Source: Halocafeteria seosinensis
Lineage: Eukaryota
Reading direction: 5' to 3'
Assembly (NCBI GenBank): GCA_001687465.1
Contig: LVLI01000316.1
Span: 1 to 64,000, forward strand
DNA: 64,000 nucleotides
Both the position numbers and the translations under genes were made by a program. The notes beneath the pieces were generated by a model that was not told where the DNA came from, did no database searches, and saw nothing but the letters and a program-made list of their open reading frames with translations. Shown here piece by piece: positions 1 to 11,557 of this stretch (its first letter is position 1; each line of letters starts with the position of its first letter).

Positions 1-1735
1 GCATTGGACATTCAATTAGAAGATGCTTCCAACCGGCCATGGAGGAGCTGAAGCAGCGAGATTGATGGCAGGCTGGACAAGGAGGTGCGAGTCCAAAAAT
101 GTCTGGTCGATCAACCAATTTTTGGGCTGATATAGGTAAGAGTCCAGACTTTATTCTCAATGACATGGCTGTTAGTGCGATCTCTTCTGGCGTATCATCA
201 ATTAGTGAGTTTCCCTTATGTAACAGTTGATACAACTGAGCTTGTTGGCATTCTAGTATGTCCTTGTTCGTCCATCCTTGTACAATGGCATCGGCATCGG
301 GAACGATGGATCGGGGAATTTCTATTCTTCTTGATCGGTTCTGGGGGATTTCAAATTCGCCGCCATTTTTAATTGGTACGATCTGTAGGTCATGGTGGGG
401 TAATAATGGTAAAGTTTCATAAGATCCGCATATGGTAGCCCGGCGGCGAGCAGCCACCGCGATCTCGTCTGCCCTCGCGTTCGCAAGAGACTGTACGGAG
501 GAACTCTGCTGGTGTCCCTTAACCCACGTAATCTTGTTTAGTACCTCACGATCATTGAGTTCGTTGAGCAGGGCACCCGCATGAGGATCAAAGTTTACTA
601 GTCGTTCGAAATTCCTTTCACGTATCGCATTAACCACTGCTAAGTTGTCGATAAATAGGTTGCAAGCTCTGTAGTATTTCTTGTACGCCACCCAGGCACC
701 TAGAGCAGCTCCAATTGTTTCCGGTTTGGTCGTCCCAGATGACTTCTTCGTCAGTCGAGTATCAACAGGAGGGATTGCGCACGCGTACTGTCCCAAAATT
801 CGGGAATGACGATGAACGACAGCGGCCGCTCCCATATGAATAATACCATTGCGTTCTGTCAGGGAACCATCCGTATAAATATCGAGGAATTGGTCATTAA
901 GTTGCCTGAGTGTCTGAGGTATAGAGAGATACTTTGGTATCTCCAGGGCATATTTTCTTCGTAATAGTTCCACCGCTAAAACGTTGTAATCCCGTTGCCA
1001 GTATTCTTTTGCTATTTTTACTTCCCAACCGTATATATGCTGCTGAGCATTGGCCGGTGAGTATTCCACTACCCGTTGCCTGTGTGCATCTATAATTGTG
1101 GTCATGAGGCTTGCCTGAAATACTTCCTTAGTAGATGTGGTTTGTTTCCATTCCACCGGTATTAGTCTCAGACTATCTCAATTTACGGACCTTATTATTC
1201 GCGGTCTGAACCAAGGCTTGCCACCTTTCTTTGGGCACTAAATAACGCCGTTTGTTCCTGTATTCCTGCAAATTTCCCCCAATCAACTCATCACACAATG
1301 AGATGGAATTGACAAGATATTCATTTGGACACTGTGGACATTGGATCCTATTGGTATCGAGCTACATGTGTAGGATACGCTACCCAGCTCCGGCAGTGGT
1401 ATCAGGAATACTCATACGAGTATGAGGGGGAGGTTACGTACGCGGACTATAGTCCCATTTTCGACCGTAAAGGTTCGGAGCTTGGCGCTGAGTTTACTTT
1501 TTTCATTGGTGGCGTAGATCGAAGAGAGGATATAGCGTCCCTCTGTCTCAGGTGAGTGGTCGAGCCCTGCATGGCCTCCCCGGAGGATGTCCTTTAGTCT
1601 TTGATACTGGGCGGATTCCATGGTTGCTCTACACGTTTTCCATCACGTTGACGGCTGTTATGGCCGACGCTCTCCAATTCATTTGAGACGTACATTTCTG
1701 CTCCGTAGCGGACCATGTGAAGTGTTGTTGACTCA
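1..1735 (-). mobile_element. 5'-truncated, degenerate non-LTR retrotransposon (RNase H + CCHC zinc knuckle), running off the left edge
   Basis: Manual translation of the minus strand gives an open frame from about 1177 to 1 (absent from the ORF track because it has no stop): IYTDGS...E...LFIDN...ITWVKGH...NARADEIA (RNase HI) then CPAC...HLLIECP (LINE C-terminal zinc knuckle). Broken frames at 1200-1735 contain MVRYGAEMY, resembling the post-RT YGxE motif. No RT core is present. Confidence 0.8.
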
Positions 1736-1737
1736 AT

Positions 1738-3805
1738 GAGGCCATCCCTTATGACGCGCGCGCCCGGGCCCGAGACCGAAGCGTGGGGCCCGGGCGCGGG
1801 GTCGAGCTCAGCCTGCATCCTTATCGTTTAACCGCGCGGGTCGTAAACTCGAATCCGGGGGAATTTGATTTACACTGTAAAACTGTGCCGGTATACGTGA
1901 CGTATGGATGGCAAACTCTCCCATACACACTGTGATGTCACAGGAAGCGAGCGTACCTAACCTGATGGTGGCTCATATTGGCTGCTAAACATCATAGGCG
2001 AATGTTATTGGTATAACAGGAGATGCTATTGGCATTGGATACTGCAGACGGGGGTGCATTGGAGGGAAGTGAACATCCAAGCGCGCCAGAGACGTCGCTA
2101 GGGCAGGAACTCTCAGGGATCATGCCTAGTTTGGGCAGCAACGTCTCTATGGTATCATCTATACTGCAAGGAAGAGGAAAAACAGCGTTTTGTCAAACTG
2201 CATAGAGAAGTCGCGAGAACTCAAAGCGTTCAACAGCTTCGTCCACCAGGCCCCGGAATCCAACTAATTGAAAAGAGGCCGACTCCACACTTCGAGTTAG
2301 GATACCCTATTCTCTGGTTTTGCTCATTGCGGACGCGCATTCGGATGATGAATGCTTTGGAAGATGGGAAATCTGGTAATACTGGGCAGAAGGAAGAGTT
2401 TGTACTCCAATTGAGCTGCTGTGTTCGCTGGACTGAGGGGCTTGGAAGAGGTTGGGCTGTCGAAGACTTGGAGGAGTTACGGCCATCGTTGGGCCCGTTT
2501 TCCCCTACATTTATGGAGTCTGGTTCCAAAGTGGTGTTCCGTGTAATTCTGTTCCTTTGAAATGTAAATTTTGGAAACATGGAAACATGAAAGGACAGAC
2601 CAAGTGTTGTGAAGACTGACGCATGTTTACGCGAGTGTGTGGGAACCTGTTATCGTCCTGAGTTTGACGACTGCATGATAAGAACAAGCGAGTATCTAAC
2701 TGGGACAAAAGCAAGGGGGATATGGACGAAAAAGATATTCCAACCTGTAAGGGCCTTGTTAGCTTCAAGGTGTGATTTTAGTGGCTTAGATGAGGCAGAT
2801 AGTGAGGGTGAGTAGCACACGACACATGTCTTGACAGTGTTAAAGATGAATAAGGCGATATATGCGTGGCACAGGGTGCACAAGATGGCGATGACAGCCT
2901 CCAGGTCAAAACTGATACTTCAGCATGACGTAGGTATGTTTCCGGAACCAAGAGCTTAGTTGACCGAAGGCTAACTGGGTATGATGAGTCGCTAAGCATG
3001 CCTACCCATCTGTATATTCAAATGCACTCTGTTACTTCTGTAAGACAAGAAACTGGAGATATATGTTAGAAACCAACAATGATGTCTACTACTGAGTTAA
3101 CTTGAATCAAGGGAATCGCGATCGTCGCTGCAGTTGCTTTCAGTTGCGTCAATGCTGGTACATACATGGTAGACGGTCACTTGGACACTTCTCAGCCAAG
3201 CCCCTACTGCCGCTGTCACCTCTTCCATGGTGCTGGGTGAATACGCCTTGGTATAAATCTTTTACCTCGTTGCTTCGTCCTGTTGATATACGGAAAGCAA
3301 CGACCACCTGAAGCTGTTCAATGAAGTAAAACTCCACCCTTAAACTCTACCGGTGGCTAGTTCATGGCTGTTGCTATGCCAGTCAACAAGAAGAACCACT
3401 TATCACTCCCTCCCTTCATATAATCGTTGACAAACCTGTGCCTGCATGTTTCTAGTCCGTGTTGCCGGCCGTTTTTGGCATATACTAGTCCAAATGGTAA
3501 TAAAGAAACTTTGATAATAATGCAGCGTGTGTATCTTATATTGTTTTGCATGTTGGCTATTGGTAGATGACTTACAACACACTAATACTGGCGATACAAG
3601 CGGCTTCCTAAACAAATGGATTTGAATTTATCGGTCTCGGAGGACACCCAAAATCTCCGAGACAGGGGGGTCCTGTCTCGGAGAAAACGACCTAAAAACA
3701 GATTTTCCGTGACGGAAAGTCTGGTCCGAGGAAGCGCGGATGGCATTTCCGCGCCCGAAACTTAACGGTCGGGCGCGGGATCTGGGCCTCATAAGGGACG
3801 GCCTC
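1738..3805. mobile_element. Putative non-autonomous TIR DNA element (~2.07 kb)
   Basis: ATGAGGCCATCCCTTATGA (1736-1754) and TCATAAGGGACGGCCTCAT (3789-3807) are 18/19 inverted repeats. Both ends have subterminal GC hairpins with CGCGCCCG arms (1759-1798, 3749-3778). Possible AT target duplication. No recognisable transposase ORF. Confidence 0.65.
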
Positions 3806-4029
3806 ATACATTGGAGCACGGCTCAAGGTACTCTGAGTCCCACCAGTTACTCTGAGTCCCTCAGAGCAGGCAGAGTAAGAGTAACCTCCGGAGGAGATTT
3901 TTTTTTTTGAATAGAGCAAGAGTAACATCGGTTAAGGAGTAGCTCTCAGCCTGAAGAGTAGGAGTATCTCGTCGAAGAACAGACGCCAAAGACTCAGAGT
4001 ATGGGGCGCTAACAGCGGAAAACTAAAGA

Positions 4030-4310
4030 GTAAGAGTGTTGGGCAAATATTGAAAGAGTAGGAGTAGGTTGAACTAAGAGTGTCAGAGTAGGTATGTGAA
4101 GTAAGAGTAGGTTGAACGAGTAGGACTATGAGGAGTAAGAGTAGGTTGAACTTAGGGTGGAAGAGTAGGAGTATGAGGAGTAAGAGTAGGTTGAACTCGG
4201 AGAGAACAGAGTAGGAGTAAGTTGAACTAAGGTTGGAAGAGTAGGAGGAGTATAGGAGTAAGAGTAGGTTGAGCTCGGAGAACAGAGTAGGAGTAAGTGG
4301 GAGCGTCCCT
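4030..4310 (+). repeat. Degenerate GAGTAG/GAGTAA-based low-complexity repeat
   Basis: Recurring GAGTAAGAGTAGGTTGAACT-like units on a purine-rich strand. Confidence 0.85.
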
Positions 4311-4580
4311 CGACTCAGAGTGCGCACGTGACTCCGCATTTGCTCCCCAGTTTCCCCTACATGTATTGGTACTCCCAACAATTGTTTTGCCGCAATCTCG
4401 GAAATACACAACACTTCAAGAAATACAGTCGCTTATTCATATGACCTTGTTGATTGAGGGAAAAAAACATTTTGCACAGGTAAGAGCAGCAGTCTTGTGG
4501 AAGTGTCACACTTCCGTTTCCGAGAAGAGTATATATCCGAGTGGGAGTACATATGTGTATGTCCCTGACAGACAAATCGA

Positions 4581-4900
4581 GGAGTGGGAGTATGTTCAAC
4601 AGAATCACGGGAGTGGAAGTATGTCGCAAAGAGTGCCTTGGAGAGAAATTTAAGGAGTGGGGGTATGTTCAACACAATCACGGGTGGGAGTATGTTGCAG
4701 AGAGTGCCTTGGACAGACAATTCAAGGAGTGGGAGTATGTTCAACAGAATCACGGGAGTGGGAGTATGTCGCAAAGAGTGCCTTGGAGAGAAAATTCAAG
4801 GAGTGGGAGTATGTTCAACACAATCACGGGAGTAGGAGTATGTCGCAAAGAGTGCCTAGGACAGACAATTCAAGGAGTGGGAGTATGTTCAACTCAACCA
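4581..4900 (+). repeat. Minisatellite, 72-74 bp unit, 4 copies plus a partial
   Basis: Units start at about 4581, 4654, 4726, 4800 and 4874 with GGAGTGGGAGTATGTTCAAC...; each contains an internal GGAGTGGGAGTATGT subrepeat. Confidence 0.9.
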
Positions 4901-5150
4901 AGAGAGTGGGAGTGCGTTTGATTCTGTGAAGAGGATTTGTGAAGGAGTGGGAGTAGCTTAAGGTGACGAAAGCACGATATCGAAGGAGTGGGAGTATGTT
5001 CGACCCGTCAGAGGAATATTACATGGGAGTAGGAGTAATACGTGTAGCTATTAACCCTTTAGGAAAAAGAGTAAGAGTACCAAAAAAATTTTTCGCTGCC
5101 GCGGGCCAGGAGTAAGACTCAAACTAGCGTTTGAGCCGTGCTCCAATGTA

Positions 5151-5638
5151 TGATCACTTCCACCGTCGGCGCCATCGGAAGATCCAGGGCAGCTGTTGCC
5201 ACCTCCACCCGATGCCCCACCGGAACCACCGTCACCTCCTGTGCCTAGTTCTCCTTTATGACCTCCTTCAGCTCCGTATTTGGAACTCCAAAATCGAGAA
5301 AAGTTTCCATCTGTTGCGCCAGTCACACAGCCTCCTTGACCACCTTCTCCTACCGTAATGCCCACCGCCGTGCCTCCAGGAATATGGATCCCTTTGAATG
5401 TTTTCGTGAAACCACCTCCACCACCACCTCGATTGTCACTTCCCCCTCCACCTCCGACTAGGAAAACATCGACGAAATAATCACCGTCAGCAGGCACATT
5501 CCATGTTTGTGAGGTTTCAAACGTCAGCCGGCCCGGTTCTGGCGACTCTGACGCGAGGACTGCGCTCAAACGACATACCGGAGTCCCCCCAAAGAGGAAG
5601 ATGAACCAACACCAAGACCACTTCCTCCGATAAAACAT
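5151..5638 (-). pseudogene. 5' part of a glycine-rich surface protein paralog, truncated by insertions
   Basis: Signal-peptide-like MFYRRKWSWCWFIFLF, then TWNVPADGDYFVDVFLVGGGGGSDNRGGGGGG..., very similar to 7646-10084. Homology stops at DGADGGSD, exactly at the TIR. Confidence 0.8.
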
Positions 5639-6506
5639 TTTTTCTCTTCGTATCGCATAGTGATAGCGGATGACACTCATGTACAAAACAGTAGTGGATA
5701 TGGATGATGCTGTTCTTTGGGTAGCTTTTCTTACCCCTCCCCTGGGGCCCTGGGTCGCACGAGGCCGTACAGCTGCTGGCATGCACGCAGCAACGTGCGT
5801 TACATCATAAAGTCACCGTTTCGAAATGGGTGGTTTATGGACTCGCGCTCGAAAGCAAACACCTAATTGTATGTCCATCCAAGATGGAAATACCCGTAGT
5901 GTGGGCAGCCGGGACCTTCAGTCACCATGCAGTGCACTCTGGCATGAAACCCCCACTCGCGCCTACTGCCTGTGCATGTTACCAGTTAGCTGTGCGGCAA
6001 CTTAAATGTATGCATGCATATTGCAACTAAATAAAACTGGACGGAATGTTCATGGGGTCTAAAACTGTACATATATAGTGTATGTTGTCCATAGTTCGCG
6101 GGTGATAGTTCTCAGGCAATTGTTACACCATTGCACTGCGCTGGGGGAATCTTAAGCCTTTTGTGACGTCCTGGTACCTGGGGTCCACACTGAACTCTAC
6201 AGGACACATACGATCGCGAAGCAACCGGAATTTCCTGAAGCACATTTTCATCAAATGTTACGCAGACTGTGTAACGCCGACGTCGACATTTTTCATTCAC
6301 CCCTTGATTATTTTACGCACGCGGTAAGAAAATGGGCAAGGGGAAGAGATGGGTTCTGAACTTTGTGGCCAATCTCGCACCAAACCACTGGTAGCGGGCA
6401 AACGCCAGAAAATCACCGTACACTGGATGCAGCTGGCACTCAAAGAGCACCAACGCTCACTGGTCATTGCTTGCAACCGGACTTTGGAATGGTGTATTGG
6501 ACTCCC

Positions 6507-7490
6507 TCAATTCCTGAGAGCTTTGGTTTCTAATTGATGACAATCTCCGTCTGTGTTGAAACTTATGAATGGATCTCGGCTTCCGAGCACTGCGGATTCT
6601 TGCAAAGGCCGCCGACTCTTGGGAAGGAAGCGAGGGACTGAACTCCGTCTTGCAGTTTGACTTTCTGAACGAAGAAACTCGCTTTGGAAAGAACTAGCAC
6701 AAGTCTTGACGAATCTGAAGTTCTGCTCAGGAATTCCCAACATCGCAGCGTATATTCTGGCAGCATCACCATCTCTTTGCCGCTCCGCGCGATTTCTGTT
6801 TCTCTTATAAGCAACCAAGAGGACCGAGCAACATCACTACTATTGACGGTAGGCTTGCGGCTGTGCCCGTTCGTTGCAGCGGATATATCAGCACTATGGT
6901 GAAGAGCGCTACCAGAGGCTGAAATGGACGAAGACACTGTCGTAGAAGCGATCCTGCACGTGCTAGACATCTGTATAAGTTGCTGTTGGAGTAGGACTGG
7001 GAGTGCTTCTTTCCAATCCGGTAACAGAGAAGGTGGGAATCTAGTAGACGAAATTGCCTGAGAGAGACGGCGTTTTCACACCAGTTTATCTGGTTGGCTG
7101 GGGCCCTTGTGGGACTCCCCGTTCGAGCAATCAATGGGATAACAAACAAGATGAACACGCCCGAGAAGCCGTCAAAGACTACTCTTCAAACCTGCCGTCA
7201 TGCATGCACGCATTTGCCTAATTTTTAAGACGCATGAATGAGTGCGGTGTAGATTGCCCGCTCGAAGCGGCGGGGAGCGAGACCCAGTGGAGACCACGTA
7301 GGGGTTGGCGCGATTATCATGATTCCCGAGCCACCACGTCCATTACTACCACAGCTACGAGTATAATACTTGTCAGCATTGATGCCACCATACCCCCAGC
7401 GGTGTTGACATGCCCACTATGAGCAGCATTTCCCCCACCACCACCAGTTCCCAAACAACGGTTACAGTCCGCTCCACCGCCGAGAGCATA
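6507..7490 (-). pseudogene. Decayed 3' part of a glycine-rich surface protein paralog
   Basis: 7290-7490 translates to YALGGGADCNRCLG...GRGGSGIMII and 6507-6930 to SSSISASG...VAYKRNRNRAE...YAAMLGIPEQNFRFVK. Both match the intact copy, with frameshifts and deletions. Confidence 0.8.
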
Positions 7491-7645
7491 TTATTTATGT
7501 CGACCCTTTCTCAATTGAGGTTGGTTTCTACGCTTTCTTGCTCTTGCTAGATGAGGCATCAATTTCTCTGAGCTATGCCGTAAGCTTCTTCAGTTGCATG
7601 AGTAAATAGTTAGCGGGAAAATCTCACCTCCGTGTGGTCACAGTG

Positions 7646-10084
7646 TTAGCCTTTCCGGTCAAGTCTCGCACTTGAGTCCTTCACTTCATCATAGTCTATG
7701 CCTGTTATTGACGATACTCTGCGTCTGTGTGCAATCTTGCGGGTAGTTCCCGGTTTGCGAGCGCGGTGAATTCTTCCATAAACCGCCATATCCGGTGTAG
7801 AGCTCGAAGGGAGGGAGGGACCGAACTCAGTCTTGGCGTTTGACCTCCGAAATGAAGAAACCCGTTCAATCCTTGCCAACCGCCCAATGTCGGTAGATGC
7901 AGAGGCAAACTGCTGGCAATTTTGGGTCTCCTTTGCAAATTCTAGCTTCTGTACAAACGGATTATTTCCGATCGCTCTGTCTTCGCTAAATTTTTCGGAA
8001 CCAGTTCTCTCCGACACTTCTACAAGGGGTGGCAACTCCCCCAACAATGTGGACATCCACAGACGGTATCTCAGCTTGGTACGACCCCCAAAACTCAAAC
8101 GTGAAATATCGACATTGTTCGCCTGTGCAACGATGACAACTCTGTCTTCTTTCTTGCTTAGTTTCGGACCCTGTGAGGAACGTGGGATAAACATAGCTTG
8201 TGTCCTTATTGCCGTTTCTTTATCGATACATTTCACCACAACGCCCCGTGAGGATTCGAGTTCTTTCGTTTCCTCTTTTTCATGCACCTCGTTGTAATTA
8301 TCGGGAGAGTTTTCTCCCTTTGACCTGACAGCAATCGGATTGACTTGAGTAGAGATCTGCTCTCGTGCCAGGTCTTTGGTAGAACTGCCACAGAAGTTCT
8401 TCACGAACCTGAAGTTCTTCTCAGGTATGCCTAGCATCGCAGCATACGCTTTCTCATAATCGTCATATCTTCGTAGGTCTGCACGATTTCGCTGCCTCTT
8501 ATAGGCAAGAAGAACACCACCGATGAGCAAAGCTACTAGCATTGACGGGAAAACCACCACTCTGACCACCGCCTGCATGGGCCTCCTAGGCGCCGAGGCT
8601 CCTCCGCCATGAAGTGCATCACCAGAGGCTGAAATCGAGGATGAAGGTGTCACAGAAGGCTTGCGAGATACAATTGATGTGCCTGTATGACAAAGTGTCG
8701 AAGGTGCAGGCATCGTTGGGTTGCCTGTTAAAGAACTAGAAGGACTAGACGTCTGAGTAGTGCTGGAGGAGCTGACAGTGGGGCTTCTCGAGCTAGACTG
8801 AGTAAATGACACCGTCGCAGTTTGAGTCCAAGAAGGAGACATAGACAGCGTAACACTTCCCGTAGCCGTGTCTGAGCAACTAGCAGACACAGAGGGTGTA
8901 ACTGATTGGGTTGGAGAAGAAGTGAGGGAGGGTGTCACCGCCGAGCTCCTGGAGTGCCAAGGGGTGCTTGTATAACTCGCTGTTGGAGATCGACTAGGGG
9001 TGCCCGTAGCCGTGTCTGAGCAACTAGCAGACACAGAGGGAGTAACCGATTGTGTTGGAGAAGGAGTAAGGGTGCGTGTTACCGTCGAGCTCCTGGAGTG
9101 CGAAGGCGTGCTTGTGTAACTCGGAGACCGAGTAGGGGTGCTCGTTAGTGATCGGGTAATAGAAGGACTAGGCGTCCCACTGGAGGATTTGGATTGGGTT
9201 GGAGATGTTGTTGTGCTCGACGTTGGCGAAGGCGTCCTTGGTCTGGTTCGGGACGGAGTTCTTGTCCTAGTTCGAGTCCCAGTTATCGAGGGAGTTGGTG
9301 TTCTCGTCGGGGTGGGCCTGAGCTGGAATCTGACGATAACAACTCCGGAACCACCACTTCCCCCGGTACCACAACTACAAGATGAACGGTCGTCAACATT
9401 GACACCACCACCACCTCCCCCCGAATTGGCTTGCCCATTATGAGCAGCATCTCCACCACCACCTTGACCACCGTCCCCCAGGCAATCGTTACAGTCAGCT
9501 CCACCACCACCACCAGCATACAGCTGACCATTTCTACTTCCAAACGCTCTCGTTGTGGATCCTTGTCCTCTTCCTTCCGATTTGCCTGTCACAGAAGAAC
9601 CGTCACCACCGTCACTTCCACCATCAGCTCCATCGGAAGTACCACCACAGCCACTGCCGCCTCCACCAGAGGCTCCACCGGAACCACCATCTCCTCCGTC
9701 GATTCCTTTGTCTTTTTGGCCTCCTTCTGCCCTGTATTCCGGTTTCCAAAATTGAGAGTAGTGCCCGTCCGTTGCTCCTGTCTTGCAACCTCCTTGACCA
9801 CCTTCTCCTACCGTGATGCCCACCGCCGTGCCTCCAGGAATATGGATCGCTTTGACTGTTTTAGTGTAACCACCTCCACCACCACCGCGATCGTCACTTC
9901 CTCCTCCACCTCCGACCAGGAATACATCCACTATATAATCACCGTCATCAGGCACATTCCATGTTGTTGTCGAGATGAACTTCTCCTCGGACGCTGTCGC
10001 GCAACAGCGACACTGACACTGTATAACGAGGACTAGGAGTAAGGAGCTCACAAGCCAAGCACAAGGATGTCTTCTTCGCCTCAT
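7646..10084 (-). CDS. Type I membrane protein: signal peptide, glycine-rich (polyglycine II-type) domain, Ser/Thr mucin stalk, TM helix, ~280 aa cytoplasmic tail
   Basis: 812 aa intronless ORF with VFLVGGGGG...ITVGEGG...YAGGGGG...GGSGVVIVRF, a T/S/P stalk, and TM VVVFPSMLVALLIGGVLLAY followed by KRQR. Confidence 0.85.
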   Translation of the reverse strand: MRRRRHPCAWLVSSLLLVLVIQCQCRCCATASEEKFISTTTWNVPDDGDYIVDVFLVGGGGGSDDRGGGGGGYTKTVKAIHIPGGTAVGITVGEGGQGGCKTGATDGHYSQFWKPEYRAEGGQKDKGIDGGDGGSGGASGGGGSGCGGTSDGADGGSDGGDGSSVTGKSEGRGQGSTTRAFGSRNGQLYAGGGGGADCNDCLGDGGQGGGGDAAHNGQANSGGGGGGVNVDDRSSCSCGTGGSGGSGVVIVRFQLRPTPTRTPTPSITGTRTRTRTPSRTRPRTPSPTSSTTTSPTQSKSSSGTPSPSITRSLTSTPTRSPSYTSTPSHSRSSTVTRTLTPSPTQSVTPSVSASCSDTATGTPSRSPTASYTSTPWHSRSSAVTPSLTSSPTQSVTPSVSASCSDTATGSVTLSMSPSWTQTATVSFTQSSSRSPTVSSSSTTQTSSPSSSLTGNPTMPAPSTLCHTGTSIVSRKPSVTPSSSISASGDALHGGGASAPRRPMQAVVRVVVFPSMLVALLIGGVLLAYKRQRNRADLRRYDDYEKAYAAMLGIPEKNFRFVKNFCGSSTKDLAREQISTQVNPIAVRSKGENSPDNYNEVHEKEETKELESSRGVVVKCIDKETAIRTQAMFIPRSSQGPKLSKKEDRVVIVAQANNVDISRLSFGGRTKLRYRLWMSTLLGELPPLVEVSERTGSEKFSEDRAIGNNPFVQKLEFAKETQNCQQFASASTDIGRLARIERVSSFRRSNAKTEFGPSLPSSSTPDMAVYGRIHRARKPGTTRKIAHRRRVSSITGIDYDEVKDSSARLDRKG
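8860..9150 (-). repeat. Internal 144-bp (48 aa) duplication in the mucin stalk
   Basis: CCGTAGCCGTGTCTGAGCAACTAGCAGACACAGAGGG occurs at 8860 and 9004. Confidence 0.85.
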
Positions 10085-10359
10085 CGTTCACCGCTATCTG
10101 GGGAAAATGTGTATACAAACACATCAAGACAATCGGATTTCATTGTTGTTCTATGCATGAACGGTACATTGTATTGCTGCGATCCAGGGGGTCGTACCGC
10201 TGTACCGCTGGTCACAGAAAGAAACCGGGAATGGTGACGATGGTCGTTACAGCGCGCAGCTAAAACGAGTAATCCCCGTCTACATTCGCAACAGATCAAA
10301 TTCCATCAGCATTTCTTATTATTTTGTACTCTCCCGCTCTTTCCAGCAATGACCACATC

Positions 10360-10870
10360 AGATCTCATTATGACTGTACTTGATCTTGACAATTCTTTGT
10401 GGCCATTGAGCTGGCAATTGGACATAATTAGGCCTCCGATTGCGATCTGGTGGAACAGACACACTACTACAGACCGCTGTCGCAACGGATGTCTTGCTAG
10501 GAAATTCTGTGGTCACTCCTGGTGCAACTCTGCTACTGACGGAAGCAGAGTACGGGGGGCCGAAGGTACAACTGTATCGGAAGTCAATGCTTGCGATATG
10601 GAAGTTAGGGGGCTTATCCTTGCGCTCACTTCAGCGATTTTTGTTCTGTCACTCTTGTAGAAGATGCAAGTGTGGGAACTGCGCTGCCAAGCTCCGTTTG
10701 TGTTCCTGTCGCTCGTGTAGAAGTGGAGGCTACACTGCTGCTGCCGAAGCCGTGCAACTCGAAGATGTAGTGTGAGAAGGACTTCCGCTACCCATTTGTT
10801 CTGAAATTCCGCTGTCGGTAGCGATTCCACGGACTCCAATGCCCTCCACTACTGCATAGATAGGGCTATA
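10360..10870 (-). pseudogene. Decayed Ser/Thr-stalk protein remnant
   Basis: Broken S/T-rich frames end in VQLPAQWPQRIVKIKY, resembling the C-terminus (PAHWPIQIARRSVRY) of the PA14 gene at 18128-19234. Confidence 0.45.
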
Positions 10871-11557
10871 AACCTTGCGCACCTGCACAGTTCCAAGGGA
10901 TGTTATTCTGGCGGGAAGATGTTGATGCGTAGAGGCAGAATTGTATGGGACTCTTCACTATAAAGCAAAGCAAACGGCGTTCCGCTCCAAAATGCACGTT
11001 TCTACTATGGTCTCTTCCTAGAATCAAACCAGACTCTCCCTAGGAGAGGGTTTAAGGGTTAGTGCGTACACTGGACAGAAGCGGCAACTATACCGGGGAG
11101 ATTCCTACTCTGGTTCTTCCAAGGAGTATGGGCTGGCAGTGGTGCGGCACAGCCTGTTGCACAGATGCCGCGAATCCATCCAGAACCTGCAGGACTCCGG
11201 CGCTGGATGAAATTTCGACCAGTGTCTTCTAGTACAGCTCATCGTGCGTGAGCCTGCCATCCAAAGTACAAGTGTTCTGGGGTGTCCCATGGGTCCTCTC
11301 CCCTTGGAACGGCACACCTGCAGTCCTGACTATTTGATTGCTACGGAGTGATAGGGAAATCGAAGCCAAGAATATTAATCCAAGGAGTCAAAGCGTCAGA
11401 AACTTGACGGGGATATGACCTATTGGTAGTCTTGAGTTGATGCTCACCTGTCTCGCATACTCAGCAGCCTCAAAAGGTGTCAGGAATGCAGGTGACTCAT
11501 AATGAAAGCCACTCCTGCGATTTCTAGCATATTTAGCTGATCCCTAGTGTTCCGACC

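Larger units (their letters stand above)
3809..5148. mobile_element. Non-autonomous TIR element with TA flanks, filled with simple and tandem repeats
   Basis: CATTGGAGCACGGCTCAA (3809-3826) and TTGAGCCGTGCTCCAATG (5131-5148) are perfect inverted repeats, each flanked by TA (3807-8, 5149-50). The inversion extends to 23 bp if the flanks are included. Confidence 0.8.

Noticed and set aside
4581..4900. CRISPR-like array
   Set aside because: Whole units repeat with no unique spacers, there are no cas genes, and the context is eukaryotic. It is a minisatellite.
3932..4929. Several overlapping ORFs
   Set aside because: Translations of simple and tandem repeats inside the TIR element.
5051..5782. 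243-aa ORF as an intact gene
   Set aside because: The last ~30 aa derive from the inserted element, and the stalk and TM are missing.
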